DNA of 64,000 nt from an uncultured Acidobacteriota bacterium. Lineage in GTDB: Bacteria; Acidobacteriota; Vicinamibacteria; Fen-336. The notes below the pieces were generated by a model, which searched no databases, was not told the DNA's origin, and saw nothing but the letters and a program-made list of their open reading frames with translations. Position numbers and translations under genes: made by a program. The stretch spans positions 3,232,001 to 3,296,000 of the forward strand of contig OY970399.1 in NCBI GenBank assembly GCA_963720545.1, written 5' to 3'. This document shows, in pieces, positions 47,046-59,414 of this stretch; position 1 is the stretch's first letter; each line of letters starts with the position of its first letter.

Positions 47046-48427
47046 CCACGAGCCTGCTCGACCGGCTGAAGCGGCTGCAGCGCGACGAACATGCCGATGA
47101 CAGCGCCGGTGGCGGCTCCGGTGACAGCGGGCGCGGTTCCACTCCTGGCGCACCCGGCGATTCGCTACGCCGGCTGGAGCGCGCGCTCGGCACCGAAGCC
47201 GACGACAATCTGTCGCTCAAGGTGCGGCTCGAACGCCTGGTGGCGGTGGCGGCGGCACAGCGGCCGCGGGTCATGCCGCAGGCAGCGCCGCCCGTGCGCC
47301 TCGAAGAAGCGGTGGCCGGGACCCGCCGCGAGAATGCGCGCGGCGAATACTTCGTCATCGACCACGACGCGCACGTCGACACCTTGCACGGCACGCAGTC
47401 GCTGAGCCGCTTCCGCGCGCGCCGGCCGGGCGAAGTTCGCCTGCTCACCGGCGACCCGCAGCACCACGACTTCGACATCTCGAAGGCGGTTTTTCTCGAC
47501 ACCGAAACCACCGGCCTCTCGGGCGGCACCGGCACCGCCGCCTTTCTCATCGGCATCGGCTGGCTCGAAGGCGACCGCTTCCGCGTGCGGCAGTTCTTCA
47601 TGCGCGACTATCACGAAGAGGCGGCGCTGCTGCAGGGCCTCAGCGACGACCTGGCGCGCTTCGCGAGCCTCATCACCTACAACGGCAAGATGTTCGACGT
47701 GCCGCTGCTGGAGACGCGCTACCGGCTGGCGCGCACCCGCTTTCCGTTGCAGCGCCTGCCGCATCTCGACTTGCTGCACCCGGCGCGGCGCCTGTTCAAG
47801 CTGCGCCATGAGTCGTGCAAGCTCACGCACCTCGAGTCGCAGCTCCTGGGCGTGCGCCGGCACGGCGACATCCCCGGCCACGAAATCCCCTGGGTCTATT
47901 TCGAGTACGTGCGCCGGCACGATGCCCGCGCCATCCAGAAGGTGCTCGAGCACAACCGCCTCGACATCGTCTCGCTCGCGGCGCTCAGCCTGCACGCCTG
48001 CGACTGGCTGGAGACGGACGATGCCGACGACCCGCGCGACGCGTACAGCCTGGGCCGGGTGCTGCACCGTGCCGGCCGCCACGACCGCAGCCAGGCCCTG
48101 TTTCGCCAGGTCGCCGATTCGAGCGACGCGGTGCTGCGGGTGCGCGCATTGCTGCGGCTCGCGCGCCACGCGCGGCGCAGCGGCGAGCTGGAACGGGCGG
48201 CGGAGTTGTGGACCGAGGCGGCCGCGGCCGGCGAGCCGTTCGCGCATCGCAGCCTCGCCATCCATTTCGAGCGCCGCGTGCGCGACTACCCGCGGGCGGT
48301 GGCCGCGGCCGAGGCCGGACTGGCGCGCGTCACCGCTGGCGCCACGCCGGCCGATCGCCGGCTGCGCGCCGACTTCCACAAGCGCCTGGCCCGGCTGCGC
48401 CGACTGATGGCGGGAACCGCCGCCTGA
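47042..48427 (+). CDS. RNase H-like DEDD exonuclease with TPR-like C-terminus (MrfB/YprB-like)
   Basis: [28 protein letters not shown]; helical C-terminus. GTG overlaps the upstream stop. Confidence 0.92.
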   Translation: MTTSLLDRLKRLQRDEHADDSAGGGSGDSGRGSTPGAPGDSLRRLERALGTEADDNLSLKVRLERLVAVAAAQRPRVMPQAAPPVRLEEAVAGTRRENARGEYFVIDHDAHVDTLHGTQSLSRFRARRPGEVRLLTGDPQHHDFDISKAVFLDTETTGLSGGTGTAAFLIGIGWLEGDRFRVRQFFMRDYHEEAALLQGLSDDLARFASLITYNGKMFDVPLLETRYRLARTRFPLQRLPHLDLLHPARRLFKLRHESCKLTHLESQLLGVRRHGDIPGHEIPWVYFEYVRRHDARAIQKVLEHNRLDIVSLAALSLHACDWLETDDADDPRDAYSLGRVLHRAGRHDRSQALFRQVADSSDAVLRVRALLRLARHARRSGELERAAELWTEAAAAGEPFAHRSLAIHFERRVRDYPRAVAAAEAGLARVTAGATPADRRLRADFHKRLARLRRLMAGTAA

Positions 48428-48485
48428 TCGCGCGCACCATGGCCGGGGTGCTGCGCGTGCGACAATGCCCGACGAGGCACTCCCC

Positions 48486-49208
48486 GTGAATCCCTGGCAC
48501 GACGTCGAGATCGGCGAAGACATCACCAAGTATTTCCGCGCCATCATCGAGATCCCGCGCGACTCCAAGATCAAGTACGAGCTCGACAAGCTCACCGGCA
48601 TGCTGCTGCTCGACCGCATCCTGCACTCGGCCGTGCACTATCCCGCCAACTATGGCTTCCTGCCGCGCACCTATTGCGACGACGGCGATCCGCTCGACGT
48701 CCTGGTGCTGGGGCAGGAGGCGGTGGTGCCTTTGTGCGTGCTGCGCGCGCGCGCCATCGGCGTGCTGACGATGCGCGACGAGAAGGGCCAGGACGACAAG
48801 GTGATCGCCGTGCACATCGACGACCCCGAGTACGACCACTACCGCGACATTTCGGAGCTGCCGCCGCACCGGCTCAAGGAGATCGAGCGCTTCTTCGCCG
48901 ACTACAAGTCGCTCGAGGGCAAGACGGTGGACATCGACCACATGCGCGGGCGGGTCGATGCGGAGAACGTGATCCGCGCGGCGCGCAAGCTCTACGACGA
49001 CGGGTTCGGAAGGACGATCGCCGCGAAGATGGCGCGCGCAGGCGGCGCGGCTGTGAAGATTCCGGATGTCAAGACCGCGGCCGGGACAAGAGCGGCAGGG
49101 AAGAAGACGGCGGGGAAGGGCGCGGCTGCGGCGGCTACTGGCGCTGCCGCGAGGGCCGCGCCGGCTTCACCGCGCTCGCCGCGGCGGCGGGGCGGCGCGC
49201 GAACGTAA
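48486..49208 (+). CDS. ppa: Family I inorganic pyrophosphatase with Ala/Lys/Arg-rich C-terminal tail
   Basis: NPWHD, KYELDK, YPANYG, DGDPLDV, DDK, FFADYK. Alternative ATG at 48465. Confidence 0.95.
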   Translation: MNPWHDVEIGEDITKYFRAIIEIPRDSKIKYELDKLTGMLLLDRILHSAVHYPANYGFLPRTYCDDGDPLDVLVLGQEAVVPLCVLRARAIGVLTMRDEKGQDDKVIAVHIDDPEYDHYRDISELPPHRLKEIERFFADYKSLEGKTVDIDHMRGRVDAENVIRAARKLYDDGFGRTIAAKMARAGGAAVKIPDVKTAAGTRAAGKKTAGKGAAAAATGAAARAAPASPRSPRRRGGART

Positions 49209-51078
49209 GCCAGGCGCCGGCCGCGATCGTCGCAGCAATCGCGAACTGCAACAGCAGGCTGGTCAGGTCGGGGTGTATGCCCATCCACGGCACTTCCGGA
49301 AACGGCACCGGCCGCGCCTTGACGTAACCCGAAGCCACCAGCGTGTACATGCCGGCGCCCGCGAAAGAGATGGCGAGCAGGCACAAGAGCACGCCGGAGA
49401 CGCCGAAGAAGGCGCCGAGCGGAAGCCTGCCGATGGCGCGGTTCATGAGCCACGCGCAGACGAACGCGAGCCCCAGGCCCGCTGCCGCCCCCGCCCAGGT
49501 GCGGCCCGCGGCACCCCCGGCCTCCAGCAGGATCGCCTGCAGGAACAGCACCGTCTCCGCCACCTCGCGATAGGCCGCGAGGAACGCGAGCCCGGCGACG
49601 AGCCACAGGTTGCGGCGCGACAGCGTGGCCTCGAGGTTGCGGCGCAGGTACGCGAGCCAGTGGCGCGACTCGGCCTTCGAGATCATCCAGAAGCTCACCG
49701 AGAAGAGCACGGCGGCGGCGGCGAGGGCGACGAGCGCCTCCATCAGTTCACGCCGCTCGGCGCCGAGGTGCAGCAGTCTCTCGAACGCCCACCAGGTGAC
49801 GACACCCGCCGGCAGCGCGAGAAGCCAGCCGACGTGGATCATGCGCGCGGCGTCGGCGCGGCCGAGGCGCCTGGCGCCGGCGAGCAGCGCCGCCACCAGC
49901 AGCGCGGCTTCGATGCCCTCGCGGAAAACGATGAGGAACGCCGACAGGAACGGCGCCATCGCGCGGACGCGGCCGGAGTCGGCCGCTTCGAGCTGCGCGT
50001 CGAGCGACTCCACCTGGCGCGCGAAGCTGTTGGGCGAGACCGACGCGGCGAGCGCGCGGCGCAGGCCGCCGAATTCCGTCTCGATGCGCGGCACGATGCG
50101 CGGGTCTTTCGCCATCAGCTTCGGCTCGAGCGGCTCGAACCCCTGCAGGTATGCATCCACCAGCGCGCGTTCCGCGTCGCCTTTGCGGCCCGCGGCGTAC
50201 GCGGTGGCCGCAAGGCCGAGGTGCTTGCGCGCCATGGCGATTCCGGCGGCCGCCGGAGGCTCGATGAACGGCGCCTCGCTGCGCAGGAACGCCACCGCCG
50301 GCGCAACTTCCGCCCCGGGCAGCTCCGTGGCCAGCCGCTGCTGCAGGTCGGCGTCGGTGGCGCGCGCCAGGTCGGAGAGCCGCACGCCCGCGGCGCCTTG
50401 CGCGCGCTCGCCCGCGTGCGCGAGGCGGAAGACGTAGAAGGCGAGGCTCCAGCGCTCGGCCGGCGTCAGCGCGTCGTAGGACGCCATGCCGGTGCCGGGC
50501 ACGCCGAAGGTCAGCGTATTGAAGACGCGGTAGGGCGAGAGCACCGCGAGGCGCTCGGGGTCGCGGAAGTTGGCGGGCCGCGGGTCGAGGGTGGCCGCAA
50601 GCGCCGTGTTGCCGTCGCCGGTCTTGCCGTGGCAGGCGGCGCAGGCCTCGGCGAACAGCGTGCTCGCCGCCGGTAGCGAGGGGCGCTCGGCCGGTGCGGT
50701 GGCGAGGTCGAAGCGCGCCACCACTTCGTCGCGCGCCTCGCGGCAGAGACGTGCGACCTCGCCGGCTTCCGCCAGAGCGTCGATGCGTGCGCCGATCCCC
50801 GTGACCCGCACGCTCAGGGGATCGTCGGCGCCGCCACTGACGTCCCTGGCGAGCTGCATGGCGGTGGCGATGAAGCCCTTCTGCTCGTCGTACTCGAGCG
50901 CGCTGGTCACGGCGCCGTGAGCCACCGCTCCCGCGTAGTCGGTCGAGATGTAGTCGAGGATGGTGACGAGGCGCTGCGGGTCTCCGCCGTCCGCTCCAGC
51001 GGCGCACGCGGGCCGGGCTGCGCAGAGGGCTGCGGCCGCCACGAACGGCAACGCCCATGAACTGAAAATGGATTTCAT
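49135..51078 (-). CDS. Cytochrome c / FTR1 iron permease fusion (PbrT/EfeU-like)
   Basis: Signal peptide, [17 protein letters not shown] heme motif, REGIE and REVAE (RExxE), about 7 TM segments. Confidence 0.92.
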   Translation of the reverse strand: MKSIFSSWALPFVAAAALCAARPACAAGADGGDPQRLVTILDYISTDYAGAVAHGAVTSALEYDEQKGFIATAMQLARDVSGGADDPLSVRVTGIGARIDALAEAGEVARLCREARDEVVARFDLATAPAERPSLPAASTLFAEACAACHGKTGDGNTALAATLDPRPANFRDPERLAVLSPYRVFNTLTFGVPGTGMASYDALTPAERWSLAFYVFRLAHAGERAQGAAGVRLSDLARATDADLQQRLATELPGAEVAPAVAFLRSEAPFIEPPAAAGIAMARKHLGLAATAYAAGRKGDAERALVDAYLQGFEPLEPKLMAKDPRIVPRIETEFGGLRRALAASVSPNSFARQVESLDAQLEAADSGRVRAMAPFLSAFLIVFREGIEAALLVAALLAGARRLGRADAARMIHVGWLLALPAGVVTWWAFERLLHLGAERRELMEALVALAAAAVLFSVSFWMISKAESRHWLAYLRRNLEATLSRRNLWLVAGLAFLAAYREVAETVLFLQAILLEAGGAAGRTWAGAAAGLGLAFVCAWLMNRAIGRLPLGAFFGVSGVLLCLLAISFAGAGMYTLVASGYVKARPVPFPEVPWMGIHPDLTSLLLQFAIAATIAAGAWLTFARRPAAAASAVKPARPSRQRQ

Positions 51079-51085
51079 TTTCAGT
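51061..51085. promoter_or_regulatory. Fur-box-like palindrome overlapping the FTR1 start codon
   Basis: ACTGAAAATG-gattt-CATTTTCAGT perfect 10-bp inverted repeat. The minus strand GAAAATGAAATCCATTTTC matches 14/19 positions of GATAATGATAATCATTATC. Confidence 0.75.
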
Positions 51086-51098
51086 CGCTAATGTAGCA

Positions 51099-51833
51099 CT
51101 AGTCCGGTGCTTGCTCCATTTCGGCGACGATCGCGTCGGCGGCAGCCGCCGGATCGTCGGCCTTGGTGATGGGACGGCCCACCACGATGTAATCGGCGCC
51201 GTCGGCGATCGCGGCGAGCGGAGTCGCGACCCGTGCCTGGTCGCCCGCGTCGGCACCCGCCGGCCGGATGCCCGGAGTGACGATGAGGAAGGAGGGCCCG
51301 CACGCGGCGCGCAGCGCGCCGATTTCCTGCGGTGAGGCGACCACGCCGGCGGCGCCGGCCACCTGCGCGAGGCGGCCGAGCGAGAGCACCGAGTCGCGCA
51401 GCTCGCCGCCCACGCCGATAGCCGTGAGCGAAGCCTGGTCGTGGCTCGTGAGGATGGTGATCGCGAGGATGCGCGTGGCGCTGCCCTCCACCGCTTCGGC
51501 GGCCGCGGCGAGCATGCCGCTGCCGCCGAGCCCGTGCACCGTGAGCAGTGAAGCGCCGAGGCGCCGTGCCGCGGAAGCCGCGCGCCGCACGGTGTTCGGA
51601 ATGTCGTGCAGCTTGAGGTCGAGAAACACCTTGTCGCCCGCGTCCACGATCTGGCGGACCAGGGCGGGTCCCGCGGCGGTGAAGAGCTCGAGGCCCACCT
51701 TGAACATGCCGACGCGCCCGCGCAGCGCGTTCACCAGCGCCAGGGCTTCCGCCTCGGCCGCCACGTCGAGCGCCACCACCAGACGGTCCTTCGGTGCCGG
51801 CGCCGCGCCCGGCATCGGCGTGGTCGTGGTCAT
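51099..51833 (-). CDS. pyrF: Orotidine-5'-phosphate decarboxylase
   Basis: VVALD, KVG, FLDLKLHDIPNT, TPGIR, DQ.R, VVGRPI. Confidence 0.97.
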   Translation of the reverse strand: MTTTTPMPGAAPAPKDRLVVALDVAAEAEALALVNALRGRVGMFKVGLELFTAAGPALVRQIVDAGDKVFLDLKLHDIPNTVRRAASAARRLGASLLTVHGLGGSGMLAAAAEAVEGSATRILAITILTSHDQASLTAIGVGGELRDSVLSLGRLAQVAGAAGVVASPQEIGALRAACGPSFLIVTPGIRPAGADAGDQARVATPLAAIADGADYIVVGRPITKADDPAAAADAIVAEMEQAPD

Positions 51834-52777
51834 CGGGGATACTCGAGGGTGCCGACCACGTCGCCGATGGCGCGCAGCGAGTGCCGCGTGAGGTAGTCGC
51901 CGAGGCCCGCGAGGATGCGCTCGTAGACGCCCGGGTCCACGAAGTTGGCGGTGCCCACCTGCACCGCGCGCGCGCCGGCAATCAGGAACTCGAGCGCGTC
52001 CGGTGCAGTTGCGATCCCGCCGATGCCGATCACCGGGATGCGCACGGCGCGCGCCGCCTGCCAGACCATGCGCACCGCCAGCGGCCTTATCGCCGGCCCC
52101 GACAGCCCGCCGGTGCCGAACGCGAGGCGCGGGCGGCGCGACTCGACGTCGATCGCGAGGCCGAGGAAGGTGTTGACGCACGACAGCGCGTCGGCGCCGG
52201 CTTCCTCGCAGACGCGCGCGAACAGCGTGATGTCGGTGACGTTCGGCGAGAGCTTCGGGATCACCGGCAGCCGGGTCGCGCGCTTCACCGCGGCCACCAC
52301 GTCGTGGGTCATCTTCGGGTCGGTGCCGAACGCGATGCCGCCGGTCTTCACATTCGGGCAGGAGATGTTGATCTCGACCGCGGCGGCGCCCGGCGCGCCG
52401 TCGACGATGCGCGTCACCTCGGCATATTCCTCGATGGTGTCGCCGCAGACGTTGACGATGACCGCGGTGTCGTAGGGCGCGAGGCGCGGCAGCACCTCGG
52501 CGACGAACGCGCGCACCCCCACTCCTTGCAGGCCGATCGCGTTCAGCAGGCCCGCGGGCGTCTCGACGATGCGCGGCGTCGGGCAACCGGCACGTGGTTC
52601 GAGGTAGAGCCCCTTCGAGACGATGCCGCCCAGCAGGCTCAGGTCGAGGATGCCTTGGTACTCGACGCCGTAGCCGAAGGTTCCCGAGGCGGCGATCAGC
52701 GGATTCTTCAGTGCCAGCGAAGCCAGCGTGACGCGCAGGTCGGGAGCGGCGGCGGGGTCGAGAGGCACCGCGCTCAC
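51830..52777 (-). CDS. pyrD: Dihydroorotate dehydrogenase B, catalytic subunit
   Basis: ASGTFGYG, LNAIGLQ, EINISCPN, KLSPNV, GGLSGPAI, GIGGI, VQVGTA. Confidence 0.96.
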   Translation of the reverse strand: MSAVPLDPAAAPDLRVTLASLALKNPLIAASGTFGYGVEYQGILDLSLLGGIVSKGLYLEPRAGCPTPRIVETPAGLLNAIGLQGVGVRAFVAEVLPRLAPYDTAVIVNVCGDTIEEYAEVTRIVDGAPGAAAVEINISCPNVKTGGIAFGTDPKMTHDVVAAVKRATRLPVIPKLSPNVTDITLFARVCEEAGADALSCVNTFLGLAIDVESRRPRLAFGTGGLSGPAIRPLAVRMVWQAARAVRIPVIGIGGIATAPDALEFLIAGARAVQVGTANFVDPGVYERILAGLGDYLTRHSLRAIGDVVGTLEYPR

Positions 52778-53646
52778 GACGGCACCTGCTCGCGCTGGCG
52801 GCGTCGCGCCGCCGACTCGCGTTCGCCGTGCAGCACCACGGTGTCGGCGGGAAACACCGGGCCCTCCGTGCACGCGCAGCGCAGCTTCGGCGTCTCGTCC
52901 TGTGCTCGCTGTATCGCCACGACGCAGCCGAGGCACGTGCCGACGCCGCAGCCCATCCAGGGATCGAGGCTGAGCCACGCCGGCAGCGAGCGCTCGTCGG
53001 CCATACGCGCGACCGCCATGAGCATCGGATCGGGACCGCAGGCGTAGAGGCGCAGCGGATAGCGGGCGGTTTCGAGGTAGGCCGCGAGCGGCGCGGTGAC
53101 GCGGCCGTGGACACCGTCGGAGCCGTCGTCGGTGGCGCTTTGCAGAGGCACGCCGAGCTCCGCGAACTGCTCGCGCAGCTGCAGGTCGGCGGCGGTGCGG
53201 CCGCCGTAGAAGACCTGGCCGAGTGCGCGGCCGGTGCCGCCCGCACGGCGCAGCTCGTTGGCGAGGAACAGGAACGGCGCGATGCCGTAGCCACCGGCGA
53301 CCATCAGCGGCTCCTCGCCCGCCGGCACGGCGGGGAAGGGCTCGCCGAGCGGGCCCAGGCACTGCGCGAGATCGCCCGGGTGCAGCGCCGCGAGGCCCCG
53401 CGTGCCCTCGCCGATCGCCTTGATGAAGAGGTCGAAGGTGCCGGCCGCGGGATCCGTGCCGAGCACCGAAAACGGCCGCCGCAGCGGCATGTCGGCGCTG
53501 GTGCCGGCCTTGATCATCACGAACTGCCCGGGCCGCGCGGCGCGCGCCACTTCGGCGTGGCGGAAGGTCAGCAGGAAGTACGGTCCGGTGAGCGCCTGGC
53601 GCCGCACCAGGGCGGCGTCGCGGTTCACTGGAGGGGCAGCCGTCAT
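52774..53646 (-). CDS. pyrK: Dihydroorotate dehydrogenase electron-transfer subunit
   Basis: PGQF, LRRPFS, GPLG, AGGYGIAP, CGP, MGCGVGTCLGC..C.EGPVF (2Fe-2S). Confidence 0.95.
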   Translation of the reverse strand: MTAAPPVNRDAALVRRQALTGPYFLLTFRHAEVARAARPGQFVMIKAGTSADMPLRRPFSVLGTDPAAGTFDLFIKAIGEGTRGLAALHPGDLAQCLGPLGEPFPAVPAGEEPLMVAGGYGIAPFLFLANELRRAGGTGRALGQVFYGGRTAADLQLREQFAELGVPLQSATDDGSDGVHGRVTAPLAAYLETARYPLRLYACGPDPMLMAVARMADERSLPAWLSLDPWMGCGVGTCLGCVVAIQRAQDETPKLRCACTEGPVFPADTVVLHGERESAARRRQREQVPS

Positions 53647-53705
53647 TCTGTTCCACCCAAATTCTATAATCACCCTCGCGGCCGGCGTTTCCGCTCGCTC
53701 CAAAC

Positions 53706-55469
53706 ATGTTCCTGCGAAGCCTGAGAAGCGCCGCACTCTGCGCCCTGCTGCTGGGCTGGCACGTCGCGCTCCTCGCCTTGTTTCTCAACCCGCACTTGCA
53801 GGCGCGCGACGAGGTCGGAGCGCTGCTGCGGTCGCTGGTGCTGCCCTACTCGCTTGCGGGTTTTGCCGCCTTCGCCGCGCTCTGTGTGGTCCTCACCCTC
53901 ATTCGCGGCGTGCGGCCGCTGCCGCGGCCGCTGATCGAGAGCCTGCCCTGGTTCTCGACCTTGTCCTTCCTCGCGACGGCGACGGCTGCCGGGCTCGACG
54001 GCTTCAACCTCGCTTACCACCGGCTGTCGATTCCGGTCGTGTTCGTCTCCGGCCTGCTCACCTGCGCTGTTGCGGTGGCGGTGTGCGCCCTCATCCTGCT
54101 CGCGGCGATCGTGGATTCGTGGCTGTTCGCGGGACGGGCGCGCGGCGCAGCCGCCGCCCTGGTGGTGCTGGCGGCGGGCGGCGCCGCGATCGCCCCGCTC
54201 CTGTGTCTGCCGCACCCCAGTCCGCCGCCGCCCCCGGTGCCGGTGGCGGCCGAGCACGTTGCGCCGCCGCGGCGCGTGTTCGTCCTTGCGTTCGACGCGG
54301 TGGCGCCCGACATGCTCGAACGCGCCATCGCCCATGGGCGCGGCGCGGCGCTCGCCCAGCTGATGCGCGAAGGCGCCTACATGCCGCTCACGACCATCCG
54401 CCCGACCGAGAGCCTGCCGGTGTGGTCGTCCGTCTGGACCGGCCGGCTGCCGCGCGATCACGGCGTGAAGAGTGGCTACTGGTACTCGCTGCGCGGCTCC
54501 GAGTCGCGCTACGAGCTGTTGCCGAAGGGCATCTTCATTTCGCGCCTCGAACAGGCCGGCTTCGCCACGCTGCACGCGATCGACAGCCATAACCTGCGAG
54601 CCAAGGCCCTCTGGCACGTGCTCCAGGAACACGGCGTCGCGACCGGAATCGTGCGCCTGCCGGGCACGCATCCCGCCGCGCCGATGTCGCCGTTCGTCGT
54701 CTCCGACCGCTTCTACGAAAGCTCCGGCGTGTCCGCGTCGCAGGCGCTTTATCCGCCGCTCCTGCAGGAGACGGTCGCCTCGCACGTGGTGCGGCCCGAC
54801 CAGGTGGATGCCGCGGTCCTCGAACATTTCCTCGCCGACCCGGACGCCGACCCGGGCGCGCCGTGGCGCCGCGAGCTGGTGGACGAGGCGCTCGCGCCCG
54901 ACATGACCTACGAAAGCATCGGCTCGGTGCTGCAGGCCTCGCTCGATCCGTCCTTCTATGCGCTCTACCTGCGCGGCCCCGACATCATCGGCCACACCTT
55001 CCTGCGCTATGCCGAGCCCGAGTCGTTCGGCAACGTGCCGGCCGGTGAGGTGCGGCGCTTCGGCGGTGTCATCGACGGCTACATCGACTTTGCCTCCGAG
55101 GCTGCCGGGCGGCTGATGGCGCGCACCAGGCCCGGCGACGTGGTGGTGGTGGTGTCGGGGTTCGGCCTCACGCCGATGCGGCCCTGGCGGCGGGCCATGA
55201 ACGGTTTCACCGGCGCGCCCCGCGACGGCGCCACCCACGAGTGGGGCCCGCCCGGCTTCCTCATCGCCTGGGGCCGGCCGATCGCAGCGGGCAGCGCATC
55301 GCCGGCGGCGAGCGTCCTCGACATCGCACCCACGCTCCTCTACCTGATGGGCGTGCCGGTAGCGCGCGATCTCGACGGCCGCGTGCTCGTGGACATCCTC
55401 GAGGACGGCTTCGCGCGCCGCCATCCCATCACCTACGTGCCCACCTACGAAGGCGCTGCCGCGAAGTGA
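53706..55469 (+). CDS. Membrane-anchored alkaline phosphatase/phosphodiesterase-superfamily protein
   Basis: About 5 N-terminal TM segments; FDA, PTESLPVWSSVWTG..HG, GPDIIGH, VSGFG, DIAPTLLYLMG..DGR. Confidence 0.82.
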   Translation: MFLRSLRSAALCALLLGWHVALLALFLNPHLQARDEVGALLRSLVLPYSLAGFAAFAALCVVLTLIRGVRPLPRPLIESLPWFSTLSFLATATAAGLDGFNLAYHRLSIPVVFVSGLLTCAVAVAVCALILLAAIVDSWLFAGRARGAAAALVVLAAGGAAIAPLLCLPHPSPPPPPVPVAAEHVAPPRRVFVLAFDAVAPDMLERAIAHGRGAALAQLMREGAYMPLTTIRPTESLPVWSSVWTGRLPRDHGVKSGYWYSLRGSESRYELLPKGIFISRLEQAGFATLHAIDSHNLRAKALWHVLQEHGVATGIVRLPGTHPAAPMSPFVVSDRFYESSGVSASQALYPPLLQETVASHVVRPDQVDAAVLEHFLADPDADPGAPWRRELVDEALAPDMTYESIGSVLQASLDPSFYALYLRGPDIIGHTFLRYAEPESFGNVPAGEVRRFGGVIDGYIDFASEAAGRLMARTRPGDVVVVVSGFGLTPMRPWRRAMNGFTGAPRDGATHEWGPPGFLIAWGRPIAAGSASPAASVLDIAPTLLYLMGVPVARDLDGRVLVDILEDGFARRHPITYVPTYEGAAAK

Positions 55470-55500
55470 TACCATCCGCAGACCGCTCGCCGCAAAAGAC

Positions 55501-56184
55501 GTGAACGAAGTTCTGCCTGGAGACGCAGTGGGCCGCGACGCGCAGGACCGGATCAAGCTCGAGCTGATGGACAAGGGGCGCCTGTTGCGCACGCTGGCGC
55601 GCATGGCCCACGAGATCGTCGAGCGGCATCCCGACTCTTCGCGCATCGCGCTCGTCGGCATTCGCTCGCGCGGCGTGCCGCTGGCGCGGCGCCTCGCCGT
55701 GCTCATCGCTGCCACCGGCTCGGGCAAGCCGCGCGTCGGCAGCCTCGACATCACGCTCTACCGCGACGACCTCACCACCATCGCCGCGCAGCCGGTGATG
55801 AAGGGCACGCAGATCGACTTCAGCATCGACGGCGCGCCGGTGGTGCTGGTGGACGACGTGCTCTACACCGGCCGCACGGTGCGCGCCGCGCTCGACGAGC
55901 TCATCGACTTCGGCCGGCCGGCGCTCATCGAGCTGGCGGTGCTCGTGGACCGTGGCCACCGCGAGCTGCCGATCCGCCCCGACTACGTCGGCCGCAAGGT
56001 GGCGACCTCGAAGGACGAGATCGTGCAGGTGATGCTCACGGAGGAAGACGGCGAGGACCGGGTGCTGCTGTTGTCGCGCGGCACGCCGGAAAAGGCTGCG
56101 GCCACGGTGCCGCAAGCGCAGAAGCCGCAGCCGGCGCGCGCGCGCAAGCAGCAAAAGCAGAAGGCGGCGCGGAGCCGCGCGTGA
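55501..56184 (+). CDS. pyrR: Pyr operon regulator / uracil phosphoribosyltransferase
   Basis: [40 protein letters not shown]. Start may be 55528. Confidence 0.96.
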   Translation: MNEVLPGDAVGRDAQDRIKLELMDKGRLLRTLARMAHEIVERHPDSSRIALVGIRSRGVPLARRLAVLIAATGSGKPRVGSLDITLYRDDLTTIAAQPVMKGTQIDFSIDGAPVVLVDDVLYTGRTVRAALDELIDFGRPALIELAVLVDRGHRELPIRPDYVGRKVATSKDEIVQVMLTEEDGEDRVLLLSRGTPEKAAATVPQAQKPQPARARKQQKQKAARSRA

Positions 56185-57106
56185 GCACGCGCCTGCGGCA
56201 TTTGCTCGGCATCGAGCCGCTCGCGGAAGGCGACATCCTTTCCGTCCTCGACACCGCCGCGTCGCTGCGCGAGATCCTCGACCGGCCCATCAAGAAAGTA
56301 CCGGCGCTGCGCGGCAAGACCGTCGTCAACCTGTTCTACGAGGCGTCGACCCGCACCCGCACGTCGTTCGAGATGGCCGAGCGCATCCTCTCCGCCGACA
56401 GCGTCTCGATCGCGTCAGCCACCTCCAGCGCCACCAAGGGCGAGTCGCTGCTCGACACGGTGCGCAACATCGAGGCGATGAGCCCGGACCTGGTGGTGAT
56501 CCGCCACGCCTCTTCCGGGGTGCCGCACTTCCTCGCGCGCAACTGCAAGACCGCCATCGTCAACGCCGGCGACGGCGCGCACGAGCATCCTACGCAGGCG
56601 CTGCTCGACGCCTACACACTGCGCGAGAAGAAGGGCAGGCTCGAGAACCTCAAGGTGGCGATCGTCGGCGACCTGTTGCACAGCCGCGTCGCGCGCTCGA
56701 ACGCCTGGCTGCTGCGCAAGCTGGGCGCGTCGGTGCGGCTGTGCGCGCCGCACACGCTGATGCCGCCGGGGATGGAACAGCTCGGCGCCGTCACCACCGA
56801 AATGGACGAAGCGCTCGATGGCGCCGACGCCGTCATGATGCTGCGCATCCAGACCGAGCGCATGTCGGGCGGCTACTTCCCGTCGCTGCGCGAGTATCAC
56901 AACCGCTACGGCCTGACCGTGGCGCGCATGAAGAAGGCGAAACGCAACGCACTCATCATGCATCCTGGCCCCATCAACCGCGGGGTCGAGATGTCGAGCG
57001 AAGTGGCCGACGGCCCATGGTCGGTGATCCTCGACCAGGTGCGGAACGGCGTCGCGGTGCGCATGGCGGTCTTGTACCTGATGCTTGGCGGCGGCGAGGA
57101 ACAGTC

Positions 57107-57110
<4 letters not shown>
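56181..57110 (+). CDS. pyrB: Aspartate carbamoyltransferase catalytic subunit
   Basis: [40 protein letters not shown]. Confidence 0.98.
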
Positions 57111-58392
<1,282 letters not shown>

Positions 58393-58396
<4 letters not shown>

Positions 58397-59358
58397 GACG
58401 CCTGGCAGTCGAGCAGCACCTTGAGCACGCCCGGCTGCGCGGCGTGCGCGAACGCGGCAACTCCGTCGCGCAACGGATAGCGCGCGTGCACCAGCGGCGC
58501 CACGTCTACCGCACCGCCTTCGAGCAACGCGAGCGCCGGTCCGAACGGCCCGCAGCGCGAGCCGACGAGCGTGATCTCGTCAACCACCACGGGTGCAAAT
58601 GGCACGGATGCGGTGCCGCGATAGGTGCTCTTCAGCACCACGGTGCCGCGCGGCCGCACCGCGCGCAGCGCCGCCGCCAGGCCGGCGGCGTTGCCGGTGC
58701 ACTCGACCACTACGTCGTAGCGGCGCTCCTGCAGCTCGTCCGGCGCGCCGGTGCAGATGCCGCGCCGCGCGGCCAGTTCGAGCTTTGCGGGGTGTCGGCC
58801 GACGAGCAACAGCTCGCAGCCGCGCAGCGCCAGCGTCTGTGCCACCAGCAGCCCGAGTTTGCCGTCGCCGATCACCGCCACGTGCTCGCCACCGGTGAAC
58901 GGCACTTGCTCCTGCACCTGCAGCGCCGCCGCCAGCGGCTCGGCGAACACCACCGTGTCGTCGCTCAGCGCATCGGCGATCGTGTGCAGGTTCGCAACCG
59001 GCAGTGTCAGGAAGTTGGCGAATGCGCCGTCCCTGGCCAGGATGCCGAGCACGGAGCGCTTCTCGCAATGGCTCTCGAAGCCGCGCACGCACATCGGGCA
59101 GGCACCGCAGCGCAGGTTGATCTCGCCGACCACGCGGCGGCCAAGCCACGCCTCGTTGCCGGGTGCTGCGACCACCTCGCCGACGAACTCGTGGCCGGGC
59201 ACGCCGCGAAACGGGTAGTAGCCGTTCAGCAGCTCGAGATCGGTGTTGCAGATGCCGGCAAGCCGCACGCGGATGAGGGCATGGCCGGGCGGAGGGTCCG
59301 GCACCGGCACGTCATTGCGGTGAGCAAGGCGTTGCTTCTCGAGCCACAGCGCTTCCAT
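58393..59358 (-). CDS. Zn-dependent MDR alcohol dehydrogenase
   Basis: GICNTD, GHE, C..C..C..C structural Zn site, GDGKLG, GSRCGPF. Confidence 0.92.
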
Positions 59359-59414
59359 CGGCGGCTCACGACGCTACCACACGCGATTTCCTCTCCCGCC
59401 TTTAGGATGGAAGC

